From contig DAISYQ010000004.1 in assembly GCA_036825195.1 (NCBI GenBank), positions 73,111 to 137,110 on the forward strand: DNA of 64,000 nt, in the 5' to 3' direction. Positions 29,867 through 39,972 of the stretch are shown piece after piece. Numbering within the stretch: position 1 is the stretch's first letter; each line of letters begins with the position of its first letter. The translations under genes were made by a program, and so were the position numbers. This stretch comes from Syntrophales bacterium. Its GTDB lineage: Bacteria > Desulfobacterota > Syntrophia > Syntrophales > UBA2210. The notes beneath the pieces are model-generated. The model was not told where the DNA came from. It saw only the letters and a list, made by a program, of their open reading frames with translations, and made no database searches.

Positions 29867-30370
29867 ATGAAAGAAGAAAGAGGGACTCTGGTAAGCATTG
29901 TGATGGGAAGTGATTCTGATCTTCCCGTAATGAAAGAGGCGGCATCGATCCTCGAGGAATTCCAGGTGCCCCATGAGCTGTTTCTGGCATCCGCCCACCG
30001 TTCACCGAAACGGACAACGGAGTTCGCCGAAGGGGCGGCGCGGCGCGGCGTCAAGGTCATCATCGTCGGGGCCGGCATGGCTGCACATCTGGCGGGCGTC
30101 ATAGCGTCCCAGACTCTTCTGCCCGTTATCGGCGTTCCTCTCGATTCATCCGCGTCTCCCTTCAACGGATTCGACGCCCTCCTTTCAACGGTTCAGATGC
30201 CGGGAGGGATCCCCGTGGCCACGATGGCCATAGGAAAAGCGGGGGCAAGGAATGCCGCCCTGATGGCAATCAGGATACTTGCCCTGGAAGACACCAATCT
30301 CCGTGAAGGACTCGATGACTATAGAGAGAAGATGGCCCGCAAGATCGAGAAAGGACAGGAGAAATTATAA
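29867..30370 (+). CDS. purE: N5-carboxyaminoimidazole ribonucleotide mutase
   Basis: The start is taken at the ATG at 29867 (AAAGGAG upstream) inside ORF 29753..30370. VSIVMGSDSDLPVM...SAHRSP...GAGMAAHLAGVIAS. Confidence 0.9.
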   Translation: MKEERGTLVSIVMGSDSDLPVMKEAASILEEFQVPHELFLASAHRSPKRTTEFAEGAARRGVKVIIVGAGMAAHLAGVIASQTLLPVIGVPLDSSASPFNGFDALLSTVQMPGGIPVATMAIGKAGARNAALMAIRILALEDTNLREGLDDYREKMARKIEKGQEKL

Positions 30371-31006
30371 GTGGTTTCGAAGGTATCTCCCATATTCACG
30401 ATCAATCCGAACAATCCGGACACATCGGCTATAGCCAAAACCGTAGAAATTCTGAAAGGAGGGGGCGTTATCGCCTATCCGACCGAGACCTTCTATGGTC
30501 TCGGCGCCGACATCGGGAACGCACAAGCCCTGGATAGGATCTATACGATCAAAGGAAGGGATTTCAACAAACCCATCTCCATCATCATAGGCAGCAGGGG
30601 AGACCTGAAGACCTTCGCGCGAGATATCACCCCGGCAGCCGAAATCCTCATGGACCGATTCTGGCCCGGGGGGCTCACCCTGCTCTTCACCGCATCTCGG
30701 AATGTTCCCGAAAAACTGACGGCAAAGACAGGGAAAATAGGCATCCGCCTGTCCAGTAACTCGATTGCCACGCTCCTCGCACAGCATCTCTCCGGTGCCA
30801 TCACCGCCACCAGCGCTAATCGTTCCGGGCAGAATGAATGTGTATCGATTGAAGAGGTGAGAGACAGTATAGGCGAATGTGCAGATGCCGTCATTGACGG
30901 AGGCAGGACTCCTGGCGGGCTGGGGTCAACCATTGTAGATGCCACCGTTGAACCGCCGGTTATCGTCAGAGAGGGAGTTATACCGGCCTCGGAATTATAC
31001 GGATAA
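30371..31006 (+). CDS. tsaC: L-threonylcarbamoyladenylate synthase (TsaC/YrdC/Sua5 family)
   Basis: 211 aa. A GTG start immediately follows the purE stop. Motif GGVIAYPTETFYGLGAD. Confidence 0.85.
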   Translation: MVSKVSPIFTINPNNPDTSAIAKTVEILKGGGVIAYPTETFYGLGADIGNAQALDRIYTIKGRDFNKPISIIIGSRGDLKTFARDITPAAEILMDRFWPGGLTLLFTASRNVPEKLTAKTGKIGIRLSSNSIATLLAQHLSGAITATSANRSGQNECVSIEEVRDSIGECADAVIDGGRTPGGLGSTIVDATVEPPVIVREGVIPASELYG

Positions 31007-31012
31007 CGCTGT

Positions 31013-32011
31013 TCACGTCCGGCATACTTTGGAAAACCTGACCAGATTCTCTTCTTCACCAAGGGCGATCAGCTTATCTCCCGGCTCTATCTCGTACGAG
31101 GCCATTGGATTGAACACCATCCTTCCTGATCTTTTCTCGACGGCCACGACGATCAGGCCGTACTCCTTTCTCAGCCCCGATTCTTCAAGATTCTTGCCGA
31201 CAACGGGCGACTTCTGAGGTATAATCAACTCTTCCATCCGGAGAGAGAGGTTCCCTCTCCTCGTGGTGATTTCAATAAAATCCAGCATGGCTGGTCTCAG
31301 GATAGCCTGAGACATCCTCATCCCGCCTACCTTGTACGGCGATATAACCCTGTCCGCCCCGGCGTTTATCAACCTGCGTTCCGATGCATCGTCCTCGAAT
31401 CTGGACAGCACATATACATCAGGATTCAGCTCCTTGGCCGCCAGCACAACATAGAGGTTATCCGCATCGGCGGGGAGGGCACACACAACACCCTTGGCCG
31501 TCTTGATCCCCGCAGCCAGCAGGGTTTTATCTTCCGCCGCATTTCCGTGTACGTAGGCATAACCGCTGTCTTCAATAGTCTGTATTACCATCGGATTGTT
31601 TTCCACGATGACAAACTCTACCTCTTCATGCGTCAGTTCTCCGCAGATGAGATTGCCTATTTTCCCGTACCCGCAAATAATATAATGATTTCTCATCTTT
31701 TGTATTCGTTTTTCCAATTTCCCCCTCCCCAATATATCCTGGAAACGCCCTTCCAGTAAGGCATTCATTATCATTGCAAAGGTATAGGCCATCGTGCCCA
31801 CACCAAAGACGATAATGAAGATGGCAAACAACTTTCCCATCGGGGTTACCGGGTAGAAATCACCAAACCCCACCGTGCCGATGGTAACGATCGTCGCATA
31901 AAAGGCATTCGCCAGTGACCATCCTTCCAGGAGATGATATCCCACGGTTCCTGAAACAATAATCAATATCAGAAAGGAAAAAGCGACCTTGACCTGGCGA
32001 GTCAATAACAC
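31013..32011 (-). CDS. Potassium channel protein with RCK (TrkA-N/TrkA-C) domains
   Basis: 332 aa. Two TM segments plus a pore with the selectivity-filter-like TIGTVGFGD, followed by a Rossmann-type sequence (HYIICGYGKIGN) and a TrkA-C region. Confidence 0.85.
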   Translation of the reverse strand: MLLTRQVKVAFSFLILIIVSGTVGYHLLEGWSLANAFYATIVTIGTVGFGDFYPVTPMGKLFAIFIIVFGVGTMAYTFAMIMNALLEGRFQDILGRGKLEKRIQKMRNHYIICGYGKIGNLICGELTHEEVEFVIVENNPMVIQTIEDSGYAYVHGNAAEDKTLLAAGIKTAKGVVCALPADADNLYVVLAAKELNPDVYVLSRFEDDASERRLINAGADRVISPYKVGGMRMSQAILRPAMLDFIEITTRRGNLSLRMEELIIPQKSPVVGKNLEESGLRKEYGLIVVAVEKRSGRMVFNPMASYEIEPGDKLIALGEEENLVRFSKVCRT

Positions 32012-32063
32012 GCGAATTGCCCCCCTCCATGTACCTTATCGGTAAAATCCATTGCCATGGACG

Positions 32064-32954
32064 TTATTTGCTGTTCGCGACCTCCACACCCGCGAGTTCA
32101 ACGACAAACTCACTCGCCTCGGACGCAGGCATAACGAACGCCAGCATGAAGGGAATATCGGTATCGGGCTGTATGTCTATGTTGGAATATTCTCTACCGT
32201 ACGGATTGGAGAGTTCTTTTCTGATTTCCTCGCCGGTCAGGCTCTTCAATTCGTCATCCGTCAGTATGGTCCCGCAGTTCGATTCCTCTTGGGAAAGAAC
32301 GGCCCCGGATGAATCGAGGATTTTCCCCTTGATCTTTATAGTGGAGATCGCAACTTTGTTCTTATTGACGGCAAAACCTTCGATTATCATGATATCTCCG
32401 ACAATCGGGTTCTTTACAAACCGCTCTTTCACATTGACCAGGCTCACCTCCAATCCGTACACCCCCGTATCGGAAGCGGTATGGGCCTCTATGCCAAAGA
32501 TCTTTTCTATCCTCGGCAAGACCACGTCTCTTGCATGGGGCGATATCCAGAGATATATTCCTCCGCAGAGGAGAACAACCAGCAGGCAGAGCGCTATGAT
32601 CCACCCTGCCCGCCTCGGTCTTTGCATGACCTCTTTTTCTGAAGGGTCCGTTTCTTCCATGATTTCATCGAGCTCATCGTAGGATTCTCTGTATTCGGGC
32701 TGTCCTTCATCATCTTCTATGTCGTCTTCGCCAAACATTTTGTCTATGATATCGTCGGCATCCTCATCGTCTCCTCCCTTGTGGATATCGCCTCCGGCCT
32801 CCATTGATTCCATCAACGAAGCAATCTCTGCCAGGGGGTTCTCCTGGAAGAATACCGCATCGCATCGGCTGCACCTGACCCATACCCCCTCGCCATCTAT
32901 CTTCGTCTTGTCGAATCTGTACTGTGTCCCGCATTCTTTACACTGGATAATCAC
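32064..32954 (-). CDS. MJ0042-type zinc-ribbon protein with DUF3426-like C-terminal domain
   Basis: 296 aa. MIIQCKECGTQYRF...VRCSRCDAVFF zinc ribbon, an acidic linker, one TM segment, and a beta-rich C-terminus. Confidence 0.7.
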   Translation of the reverse strand: MIIQCKECGTQYRFDKTKIDGEGVWVRCSRCDAVFFQENPLAEIASLMESMEAGGDIHKGGDDEDADDIIDKMFGEDDIEDDEGQPEYRESYDELDEIMEETDPSEKEVMQRPRRAGWIIALCLLVVLLCGGIYLWISPHARDVVLPRIEKIFGIEAHTASDTGVYGLEVSLVNVKERFVKNPIVGDIMIIEGFAVNKNKVAISTIKIKGKILDSSGAVLSQEESNCGTILTDDELKSLTGEEIRKELSNPYGREYSNIDIQPDTDIPFMLAFVMPASEASEFVVELAGVEVANSK

Positions 32955-32987
32955 GGCTTTGCTCCTTGGCGGTTTTTTATGAAACGA

Positions 32988-33566
32988 TCACTCTTCAACG
33001 ACATAAATATCCGGCAGACACCTGAACTTTTCATCAAAATCAAGTCCGTATCCTACAACAAATCCCTCGTCCAGATCAAATCCCACATAATCCGCATCGA
33101 TGGAGACCTGTCTTCTCTGCTTTTTATCTATCAATGTGCAGATCCGTACGGAATGTGGTCTTTTCTTCTCGAGTCGCTCCTTCAGAAATGCAAGCGTAAT
33201 CCCGGTATCTATGATGTCTTCCACAACAACCACATCCTTCCCCTCTATACCCGTTTCAATATCCTTTGAAATGGTTATCTTCCCCGAACTTACCGATTCT
33301 GAACCATAACTTGCCAGTCTCACAAAATCTATCGTATGGGGAATCCTCAGGTACCTCGTAAGATCCGCCAAGACTATGAAGGCTCCCTTGAGGACCCCAA
33401 CAAGCACGACGTCCTTCCCGTCAAGATCGTTCGAAATCTCGTCTGCCAGGTCTTTCACCCGCCTGTCGATCATCTCTCTTGAATACAGGATTCTCTTTTT
33501 CAGTTTTTCCACTATCCGCCCTTTCCATATGATGTCGCGCCGCAGTTCATGATCGGTCCACGGCAT
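32988..33566 (-). CDS. hpt: Hypoxanthine phosphoribosyltransferase
   Basis: 192-aa ORF. PRPP-binding motif DVVVVEDIIDTGITL and the end ..GYGLDFDEKFRCLPDIYVV. The exact start is uncertain, and the ORF overlaps the upstream gene by 20 nt. Confidence 0.9.
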   Translation of the reverse strand: MPWTDHELRRDIIWKGRIVEKLKKRILYSREMIDRRVKDLADEISNDLDGKDVVLVGVLKGAFIVLADLTRYLRIPHTIDFVRLASYGSESVSSGKITISKDIETGIEGKDVVVVEDIIDTGITLAFLKERLEKKRPHSVRICTLIDKKQRRQVSIDADYVGFDLDEGFVVGYGLDFDEKFRCLPDIYVVEE

Positions 33567-34380
33567 CTCTCGTATAACAGGTTATAAACTTATCTATATT
33601 CTCTTGAATGATAGCCTCCCCTCTTCTGAGTTCCTCCGGTGTCTCGAATCTGGAAGTGAGGCTGAGGAATATCTTATCGAATTTCGATCGTTCACACCCG
33701 AGGGCATCGTAATCGATGTGGCTGATCATGTACTGTGAACCATCGAAATAGTATTTTCCGAAGCGGTTCGCATCCGTCGACCGGAAGGGCCAAGAAATCT
33801 TCAAAGAGAAGAAGTCCAAGGCGATATTACGAAGCCTGCCCTCAAATCGATCAGGATGGGGAACTTCGTATATCCCATCGCTTATAAAGCGGAAATATTC
33901 CTGCACCAGGTCGATATCGGTAATGCACAGGCCGTAGAGATACCAGTCGTCAATTGTCCTGATCAGGGCGCTCTTTTCTTCACGGGATATGAAGTGATAA
34001 CTGGGGCAGAAATGCCCGTCGCACAGCTCCCGCCCGTAGAAGGACACGTCTCTCATGTCCACCCCGTTGTTCTGAAGGGGATGGAGAAGGCAGCCCACCC
34101 TTTTCTCCTCACCGTCGAGAAACCCCAGGTACTCACAGCAGTATATTACTTCGTAGAGCTTCTCCTGATTCTCGAGTCTCTGTATCTTATCCGAAAATAT
34201 CTTTAGATCGGCCTCCCCTCTGACCGTTTTACGAAATATCTCCGTCCTGGTTCTCAGCCTTCCAACCAGAGAGTCCCGTGTACTGTCCGCGTAATTGTAG
34301 AGGCCGCAACAGGCCCCGCAGGATTTGCACAAATCGGGTTGACAGAGATGGATAAATTCCTCTCCCTTCATCAAACTCAA
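33547..34380 (-). CDS. Cys-cluster protein with an N-terminal CxxCxxCC (YkgJ/UPF0153-like) motif, function unknown
   Basis: 277 aa. LCKSCGACCGLY near the N-terminus, plus further Cys/His positions (CCEYLGF, CLLHP, CDGHFCPSYH). Confidence 0.5.
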   Translation of the reverse strand: MSLMKGEEFIHLCQPDLCKSCGACCGLYNYADSTRDSLVGRLRTRTEIFRKTVRGEADLKIFSDKIQRLENQEKLYEVIYCCEYLGFLDGEEKRVGCLLHPLQNNGVDMRDVSFYGRELCDGHFCPSYHFISREEKSALIRTIDDWYLYGLCITDIDLVQEYFRFISDGIYEVPHPDRFEGRLRNIALDFFSLKISWPFRSTDANRFGKYYFDGSQYMISHIDYDALGCERSKFDKIFLSLTSRFETPEELRRGEAIIQENIDKFITCYTRDAVDRS

Positions 34381-34605
34381 TACGATACCCCTTGTTTCAT
34401 TGGTTTTCTTTATATAGTCAAGCTACTCAAAAAGGCAAGGGATAATCCGATCACAAATTCCCGCAACACGGTCCGAAGAGGGTGCTCGCCCTTCAATGCC
34501 ACAATCATACTTGTAATCTGACACGAAACATTATACTAAGGCTTTGGAAAAAACGATTCGAAAGATGTGAGGAAACAACATAATTTCAATAACAGGAACG
34601 GTACT

Positions 34606-36048
34606 ATGCATAACGATAATAATCAAGTGAGGGTGCGATTTGCACCCAGTCCGACAGGATATCTCCATGTTGGAGGGTTGAGGACGGCATTATTCAACTA
34701 TCTGTTCGCGCGCAAACAGGGTGGAAAGTTTATCCTGCGGATCGAAGACACGGACCAGAAGAGATCCATCCCCGGTGCTCTGGAAAAGCTCACCACAACA
34801 CTTACGGGAATCGGTCTCCACTATGATGAAGGTCCCGATGTGGGCGGGGACTACGGCCCTTACATACAATCACAGCGGACGGAGATCTATAAAGAGTATA
34901 CCCAACGACTGCTGGATTCAGGGAACGCATACTACTGTTTCTGTTCCGAGGAACGGTTGAACAATCTGAGAGAAGAACAGCGGAAACGGAAGCGGCCGCC
35001 CATGTACGACGGCAAATGCAGAAGCCTGTCGAAGGATGAGGTTGCAAACAACCTGTCACAGGGAATGCCCTTTGTCATACGCCTGAAATACCCCACAGAG
35101 GGAAAATCAGTTTTCGACGATGTGGTGCGCGAAAGGGTAGCCATCGACAATTCGATGGTTGACGACCAGGTTCTTATAAAATCCGACGGATTCCCCACCT
35201 ATCATCTCGCAAGCGTGGTGGATGACCATCTCATGAAGATCACCCACGTCATACGCGGCGAGGAATGGCTTTCCAGCGTGCCGAAACATATCTTCCTCTA
35301 CGAATCCTTCGGTTGGGAGGTACCGGTATTCGCCCATCTTCCCTTGCTGTTGAATTCAGACAGAAGCAAGCTGAGCAAGCGGCAGGGAGACGTTTCCGTT
35401 GAAAGTTATCTTGAAAAGGGGTATCTCCCCGAGGTCATGCTCAACTTTATCGCTCTCCTCGGGTGGCATACGGCGGATGACCGGGAGCTGTACTCCCTCA
35501 GCGAACTGGAAGAGGTGTTTTCACTGGACAGAATCAACAAGGCAGGGGCCGTGTTCGACACGGAAAAACTGAACTGGATGGGAGGGCACTACATACGGCA
35601 TCTTGACGTGGAGTATATCGCTGATCAGTCGAGGCGCTTCTTTGAAGAGGCCGGCATAGATATCAGCGACACCAACAGGTACCTGAAGGCGATCAACACG
35701 GCGCGCGATTACGTGTATTGTCTCTCCGATATCGTCGAACATGCCCGCATGTTTTTCGAAGAACTGGTATTCTCGGAAGAAGACAGAGATCTCATCAAAC
35801 AGGAAGATTCCCAGCGGATCTTTGCGTACTGGATCGAGGCATTGGGGAAAAAGGCCGAATGGAACTCGGACGAGGTAACTGAACTGACAAAACAATCGAT
35901 CGGGGAACTGGGCATCAAGGGTAAGCATTTCTACTTTCCCATCCGCCTCGCGCTCTTTGGAAGCTGTCACGGCCCCGACATACCAACGCTGATCGATATC
36001 CTTGGACGTGATGAGGCCGTCAAAAGGCTCGAAGCCTGCCTGATCTGA
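34606..36048 (+). CDS. gltX: Glutamate--tRNA ligase
   Basis: The start is taken at the ATG at 34606 inside ORF 34567..36048. VRVRFAPSPTGYLHVGGLRTALFNY (HIGH region) and KLSKRQG (KMSKS region). Confidence 0.95.
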   Translation: MHNDNNQVRVRFAPSPTGYLHVGGLRTALFNYLFARKQGGKFILRIEDTDQKRSIPGALEKLTTTLTGIGLHYDEGPDVGGDYGPYIQSQRTEIYKEYTQRLLDSGNAYYCFCSEERLNNLREEQRKRKRPPMYDGKCRSLSKDEVANNLSQGMPFVIRLKYPTEGKSVFDDVVRERVAIDNSMVDDQVLIKSDGFPTYHLASVVDDHLMKITHVIRGEEWLSSVPKHIFLYESFGWEVPVFAHLPLLLNSDRSKLSKRQGDVSVESYLEKGYLPEVMLNFIALLGWHTADDRELYSLSELEEVFSLDRINKAGAVFDTEKLNWMGGHYIRHLDVEYIADQSRRFFEEAGIDISDTNRYLKAINTARDYVYCLSDIVEHARMFFEELVFSEEDRDLIKQEDSQRIFAYWIEALGKKAEWNSDEVTELTKQSIGELGIKGKHFYFPIRLALFGSCHGPDIPTLIDILGRDEAVKRLEACLI

Positions 36049-36128
36049 TATCCCCTGTTTCGATCAAGGCACGCAAGGGTACCGGCGGATATAGTTTGAA
36101 TCGATCGGACGAGCTTCCATGCTTTCGC

Positions 36129-37319
36129 TCATACACGGATGAGGGAGAGGGCCTGATCCAGATCGGCTATCAGGTCATCCACATCCTCAATTCCGACAGA
36201 GTAGCGTATCAGTTCCTCGGGGATTCCCATGGCCTTTCTCTCTTCGGGGGTACATTCCACATGGCTTGTCACTGAGGGCGGACCGGCAATCGTCTCCACG
36301 GAGCCGAGATTTGCGGCCCTGCGTGCATACCTGAGGCGGGGAAGGAAGGTACGTACGGAATCAAAGCCGCCTTTTACGGTAAAGCTCAGGACACCTCCGA
36401 AGGCCTTCATCTGACGGCATGCGACATCGTACCGGGGATGGCTTTCCAGGCCGGGGTAGAAAACGTCTTCCACCTCTTTTCTTTCCTGAAGAAAGCGTGC
36501 GATCGTCAAGGCATTTTTGCTCTGTTGACACACACGGAGATAGAGCGTTTTCATGCCTCGCAGAAGGAGGTACGCCGCAAAAGGATCCAAGGCGGCACCG
36601 GTTATCTCCCGGTAGTGGTATATGGTATCTATCAGACCCGATGCACCGCAGACGGCACCGCCGAGGGCATCGGCATGTCCGCCAAGAAACTTGGTGGCGC
36701 TGTGAATAACCAGATCCGCACCCAGTTCCAGCGGTTTCTGGTTAAAGGGCGTTGCAAAGGTATTATCCACCACGACGAGCGCACCCTCGACATGGGCCGC
36801 ACGTGCCAAGCGTGCAATATCAACTATCTTGAGCGTCGGATTCGTCGGGCTTTCCAGATAGAGGATTTGACAACCCTTCGCCACTTCTTTCTCAATCTCC
36901 TCGTGATCCGATGTCTCACAGAGCTGTGCCGTGATTTGAAAACGGGGGAGGAATTCCAGAAACAGCTTGCTCGTTCCACCATAACTGTCTTTTATGGATA
37001 CCACTCTGTCGCCGGGAGAGAGCAACGCAAAGAGGGTGTTACTGATGGCGGCCATTCCAGTGGAAAAGCTTGTCGCCGCTTCCGCATCTTCCAATTCCCG
37101 AATTTTCTCCTCAAAAACACGGACGGTGGGGTTGGTATTTCTGCTGTAAATGTAGCCGCGTTCTTTTCCCTGTCCCACCGCCAGCCATTCATCGATGTCG
37201 TCATAGCCGAATGAAACGCTCTGTACGATGGGAACCTGCGTGGCATGACGCCACATCAGGTCCTCTTCTCCCGACCAGACCGCCTTTGTCGCCCCTTTCG
37301 CCTCCCTGCGCTTTTCCAT
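36129..37319 (-). CDS. Cys/Met-metabolism PLP-dependent enzyme (cystathionine gamma-synthase/lyase, methionine gamma-lyase family)
   Basis: 396 aa. YSRNTNPT near the N-terminus and the PLP lysine in VIHSATKFLGGH. Confidence 0.85.
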   Translation of the reverse strand: MEKRREAKGATKAVWSGEEDLMWRHATQVPIVQSVSFGYDDIDEWLAVGQGKERGYIYSRNTNPTVRVFEEKIRELEDAEAATSFSTGMAAISNTLFALLSPGDRVVSIKDSYGGTSKLFLEFLPRFQITAQLCETSDHEEIEKEVAKGCQILYLESPTNPTLKIVDIARLARAAHVEGALVVVDNTFATPFNQKPLELGADLVIHSATKFLGGHADALGGAVCGASGLIDTIYHYREITGAALDPFAAYLLLRGMKTLYLRVCQQSKNALTIARFLQERKEVEDVFYPGLESHPRYDVACRQMKAFGGVLSFTVKGGFDSVRTFLPRLRYARRAANLGSVETIAGPPSVTSHVECTPEERKAMGIPEELIRYSVGIEDVDDLIADLDQALSLIRV

Positions 37320-37324
37320 ACAGT

Positions 37325-37525
37325 CTATCCCTTTTCTCCGGAGCTTCCTTCAGAAGATTTCTTTTCCTTCTCCCGCCTGCCTTTTCTCATAATCGAAAAG
37401 GCGATAAAGACCATCACAGCTCCGATAAGGATGCTGATTCTGTCTTTGGACCAGAGGCCGTAGGCAAAATCCGCAACACCCAGGATCATGAAAAAGATAA
37501 GAACATATTGATTCATCGTTGCCAC
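37325..37525 (-). CDS. Small two-TM membrane protein (hypothetical)
   Basis: 66 aa with two hydrophobic helices and a Lys/Glu-rich tail. Its stop is 5 nt upstream of the next gene. Only weak support. Confidence 0.3.
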   Translation of the reverse strand: MATMNQYVLIFFMILGVADFAYGLWSKDRISILIGAVMVFIAFSIMRKGRREKEKKSSEGSSGEKG

Positions 37526-37593
37526 ACCTCTCCGTACACCACCCGGTCATGAGTCCGATGCCTGCCTGTATGAAAAAGATACGCCTTCACTGC

Positions 37594-38052
37594 TCAGTAC
37601 CCGGACATCTTCCCCGACATCTCTTCTATATCAACCCGTATCACGGCGGTCTTCGCAACCTTGTCATCAGGATATTCAAAGGGCCTATTTGAATAATGCT
37701 CCATAATGACATCGAGCGCCCTGCGTACGGACTCGGGATCGTTTATGATATGGGCCTTTCCGAATCCTATGACGCTCTTGTATCGAACACTCCAATTGCA
37801 TGCCTTGTCCGCGTCCACCATATTGATATCACTCTCTATTTCAAAGCACACGTTGTTGTTCTCTCTGATAATGTCCAATTTCCTGCCCGCCAGGGCACTG
37901 TGAAAATAGAGAGAGTCCCCGTCATAGCCGAAACAGAGGGGTACGATATAGGGTTTGTTTCCCACCGCAAGGCCGAGTCTGCAAATGATTGCCTTTTCAA
38001 TAATGGAATCTACTTGTTGTCTGTCTGTAATCTCTTTGTCTTTTCTTCTCAT
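37594..38052 (-). CDS. Pyridoxamine 5'-phosphate oxidase family (NimA-like) flavoprotein
   Basis: The start is taken at the ATG at 38052 inside ORF 37594..38202. MRRKDKEITDRQQVDSIIEKAIICRLGLAVGNKPYIVPLCFGYDGDSLYFHSA is the PNPOx-like split-barrel pattern. The upstream 50 codons of the track ORF fall in another gene's remnant. Confidence 0.8.
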   Translation of the reverse strand: MRRKDKEITDRQQVDSIIEKAIICRLGLAVGNKPYIVPLCFGYDGDSLYFHSALAGRKLDIIRENNNVCFEIESDINMVDADKACNWSVRYKSVIGFGKAHIINDPESVRRALDVIMEHYSNRPFEYPDDKVAKTAVIRVDIEEMSGKMSGY

Positions 38053-38279
38053 TGTCCACCCCTTGTTTTCTTTCACAATCTCATCCTCCTCCGTATATAC
38101 CTGACAAGAAAAAGCGACATGGCGGCTACCGATACTATCCGCAGCAGAGTAATCAGCCCCTCGTCTTCTATTCCAGAATTGCCAGTCTGACCATTCGACC
38201 ATTCATTGTCAACTTCATACTCACCGGCCGGATGGTTTCCCTCTGTTGCCGCACAGGCGACATTTTGTACATTCCAGCC
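38023..38279. repeat. Direct repeat copy 1 (~257 bp, roughly 85-90 percent identical to 55957..56213 by eye)
   Basis: A hand alignment shows long identical runs, for example GTCTGTAATCTCTTTGTCTTTTCTTC and GACATGGCGGCTACCGATACTATCCGCAGCAGAGTAATCAG. The two copies have the same orientation. Confidence 0.85.
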
Positions 38280-38300
38280 ATAGACAGCCCTATCGATTAT
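38073..38300 (-). pseudogene. 5'-truncated remnant of the small exported protein gene (paralog of 56007..56336)
   Basis: The minus-strand frame reads ..LKVSEIIDRAVYGWNVQNVACAATEGNHPAGEYEVDNEWSNGQTGNSGIEDEGLITLLRIVSVAAMSLFLVRYIRRRMRL*. It is homologous to the intact copy but has no ATG and no signal peptide upstream before a TAA. Confidence 0.5.
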
Positions 38301-38773
38301 TTCAGAAACTTTTAACCCGGTTGAGCAATTCGTATATCGCAGAAAGAAAGAAGAATTTATAGAAGAGGTGTAAAAAATACAACCTTTTTATTTAATTTCA
38401 ATTGATTTCTCCTCTAAAAGATAACGACTTACAGGGATAGAATGACGCTTTTTCGGGATCGCCCGATTTCGAGAGGAAATTATAGATGATATGACACTGA
38501 GAACAGTAAAATTTTTACATCGAGGTATCAAACCTGTAGGTATTTTGAATTTCAATTTATTATAACAACGGGTACGGAATCAACTCTTTGTCCGTCCCGA
38601 TTTGATCGTACCCTTGATGGTTAATTTTCGAGCGTGCCCATACAGGCTATCTCATTTCCCCGGCGAATCACAGATGCAGAAAAAATCTGTACTCATCCGC
38701 TATCCATGCCTCTTTTCGTACTACAGATGCCTTAAAGTGGGAAGCTTATCTCAGTGAGGGGCTCTCCATGCAT

Positions 38774-39550
38774 CTAAAACCATACTGTTAAACCCCCATC
38801 AACGGATAAAACATGACCTGTAATATAATTTGATGCGTCTGAAGAAAGAAAGACGGCAGCGCTCTTAATATCCTGCGGTTCCCCAAAACGTTTCAACAGA
38901 AAATGAGAAGAAAGCTGTGATTCTTTATTCTCTATCGTCCATTTGGTCATCCTTGATGGAAACCAACCAGGGGCAATCGCATTAACATTTATGTTGTACT
39001 TTCCCCATTTTGTCGCTAAATCCTTGGTAAAGGTTATTACGGCGCCCTTTGAGGTATTGTAGGGAATAGCGTTCATGCATTGCGGATCTGTCCCTCCCAA
39101 TCCGGCATACGATGAAATATTTATTATCTTTCCCCGCTTTTGTTTTATCATTGCCACTCCGGCTTTTTGGCAAAATAAGAATGTTCCTGTTATATTGACA
39201 TCCATCACTTTTTGCCAATCTTCCAGTTTGAATTCTTCGACGAGACCTCCCCAAGTTCTCCCTGAATTGTTTATCAGTATATCAATCTTACCGAATTTAC
39301 CGAGTGTTTGCTCTACTATACTAACGATCTCATCCTCATTGCTCAGATCACATTTTAGAGCAAGGGCCTTAACTCCGTGTTTTTCTATCTCGTGTGCCGT
39401 TTCTTCACACTTTTCCAATTTCCTCGAACAAATAATCACATGGGAACCAGCTTCCGCCAAACCCAAGGCCATCATTTTGCCAAGACCGTCGCCCCCTCCT
39501 GTTACAATTGACACTTTTTCATCAAGATTAAATGACTTCAAAATACCCAT
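38774..39550 (-). CDS. Short-chain dehydrogenase/reductase (SDR)
   Basis: 258 aa. TGGGDGLGK cofactor motif, NNSG, and the catalytic YNTSK. Confidence 0.85.
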   Translation of the reverse strand: MGILKSFNLDEKVSIVTGGGDGLGKMMALGLAEAGSHVIICSRKLEKCEETAHEIEKHGVKALALKCDLSNEDEIVSIVEQTLGKFGKIDILINNSGRTWGGLVEEFKLEDWQKVMDVNITGTFLFCQKAGVAMIKQKRGKIINISSYAGLGGTDPQCMNAIPYNTSKGAVITFTKDLATKWGKYNINVNAIAPGWFPSRMTKWTIENKESQLSSHFLLKRFGEPQDIKSAAVFLSSDASNYITGHVLSVDGGLTVWF

Positions 39551-39972
39551 AATATCCTCCCATGTGTTAGATAAAAATTCGCTTTACTTTCAAAGATCGT
39601 CTGTAAGGGAGAACTAGCCTCCGCTGTAAACTCACCTCAATCCCTCCGTCCGAATGCTTTGCAAGACCAAAACAATGTATTACCGATCTGGAATTTGACT
39701 GGGTTAATATCATGGGATTCACTACCTCCCCCAATTACATTAACAACTAAAAAGCATACTACCATCGTTTGAACTTCTGAAACCCAACAGTTTTTATTAC
39801 TGCAACAGTACGTAAGAAATATACTACTCTGGCCAAGCACCTTAATAATTCTAACCGCCTTCTCAATCTTTCGTAATCTATGACGGCATTCCGCAATGCT
39901 CCTCGATTATTGAATACTCATGTTAGGCAATGCCTAAACCCGAGAGCCTAGGCCTAGGCATTGTTATTCCAG

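Noticed and set aside
38053-38202. N-terminal 50-codon extension of the PNPOx-like ORF (MVEWSDWQFWNRRRG...)
   Set aside because: The PNPOx-family sequence starts at MRRKDKEITD (ATG at 38052, with an RBS-like GGGGTGGA upstream). The extension overlaps, in another frame, the remnant of the small exported-protein gene.
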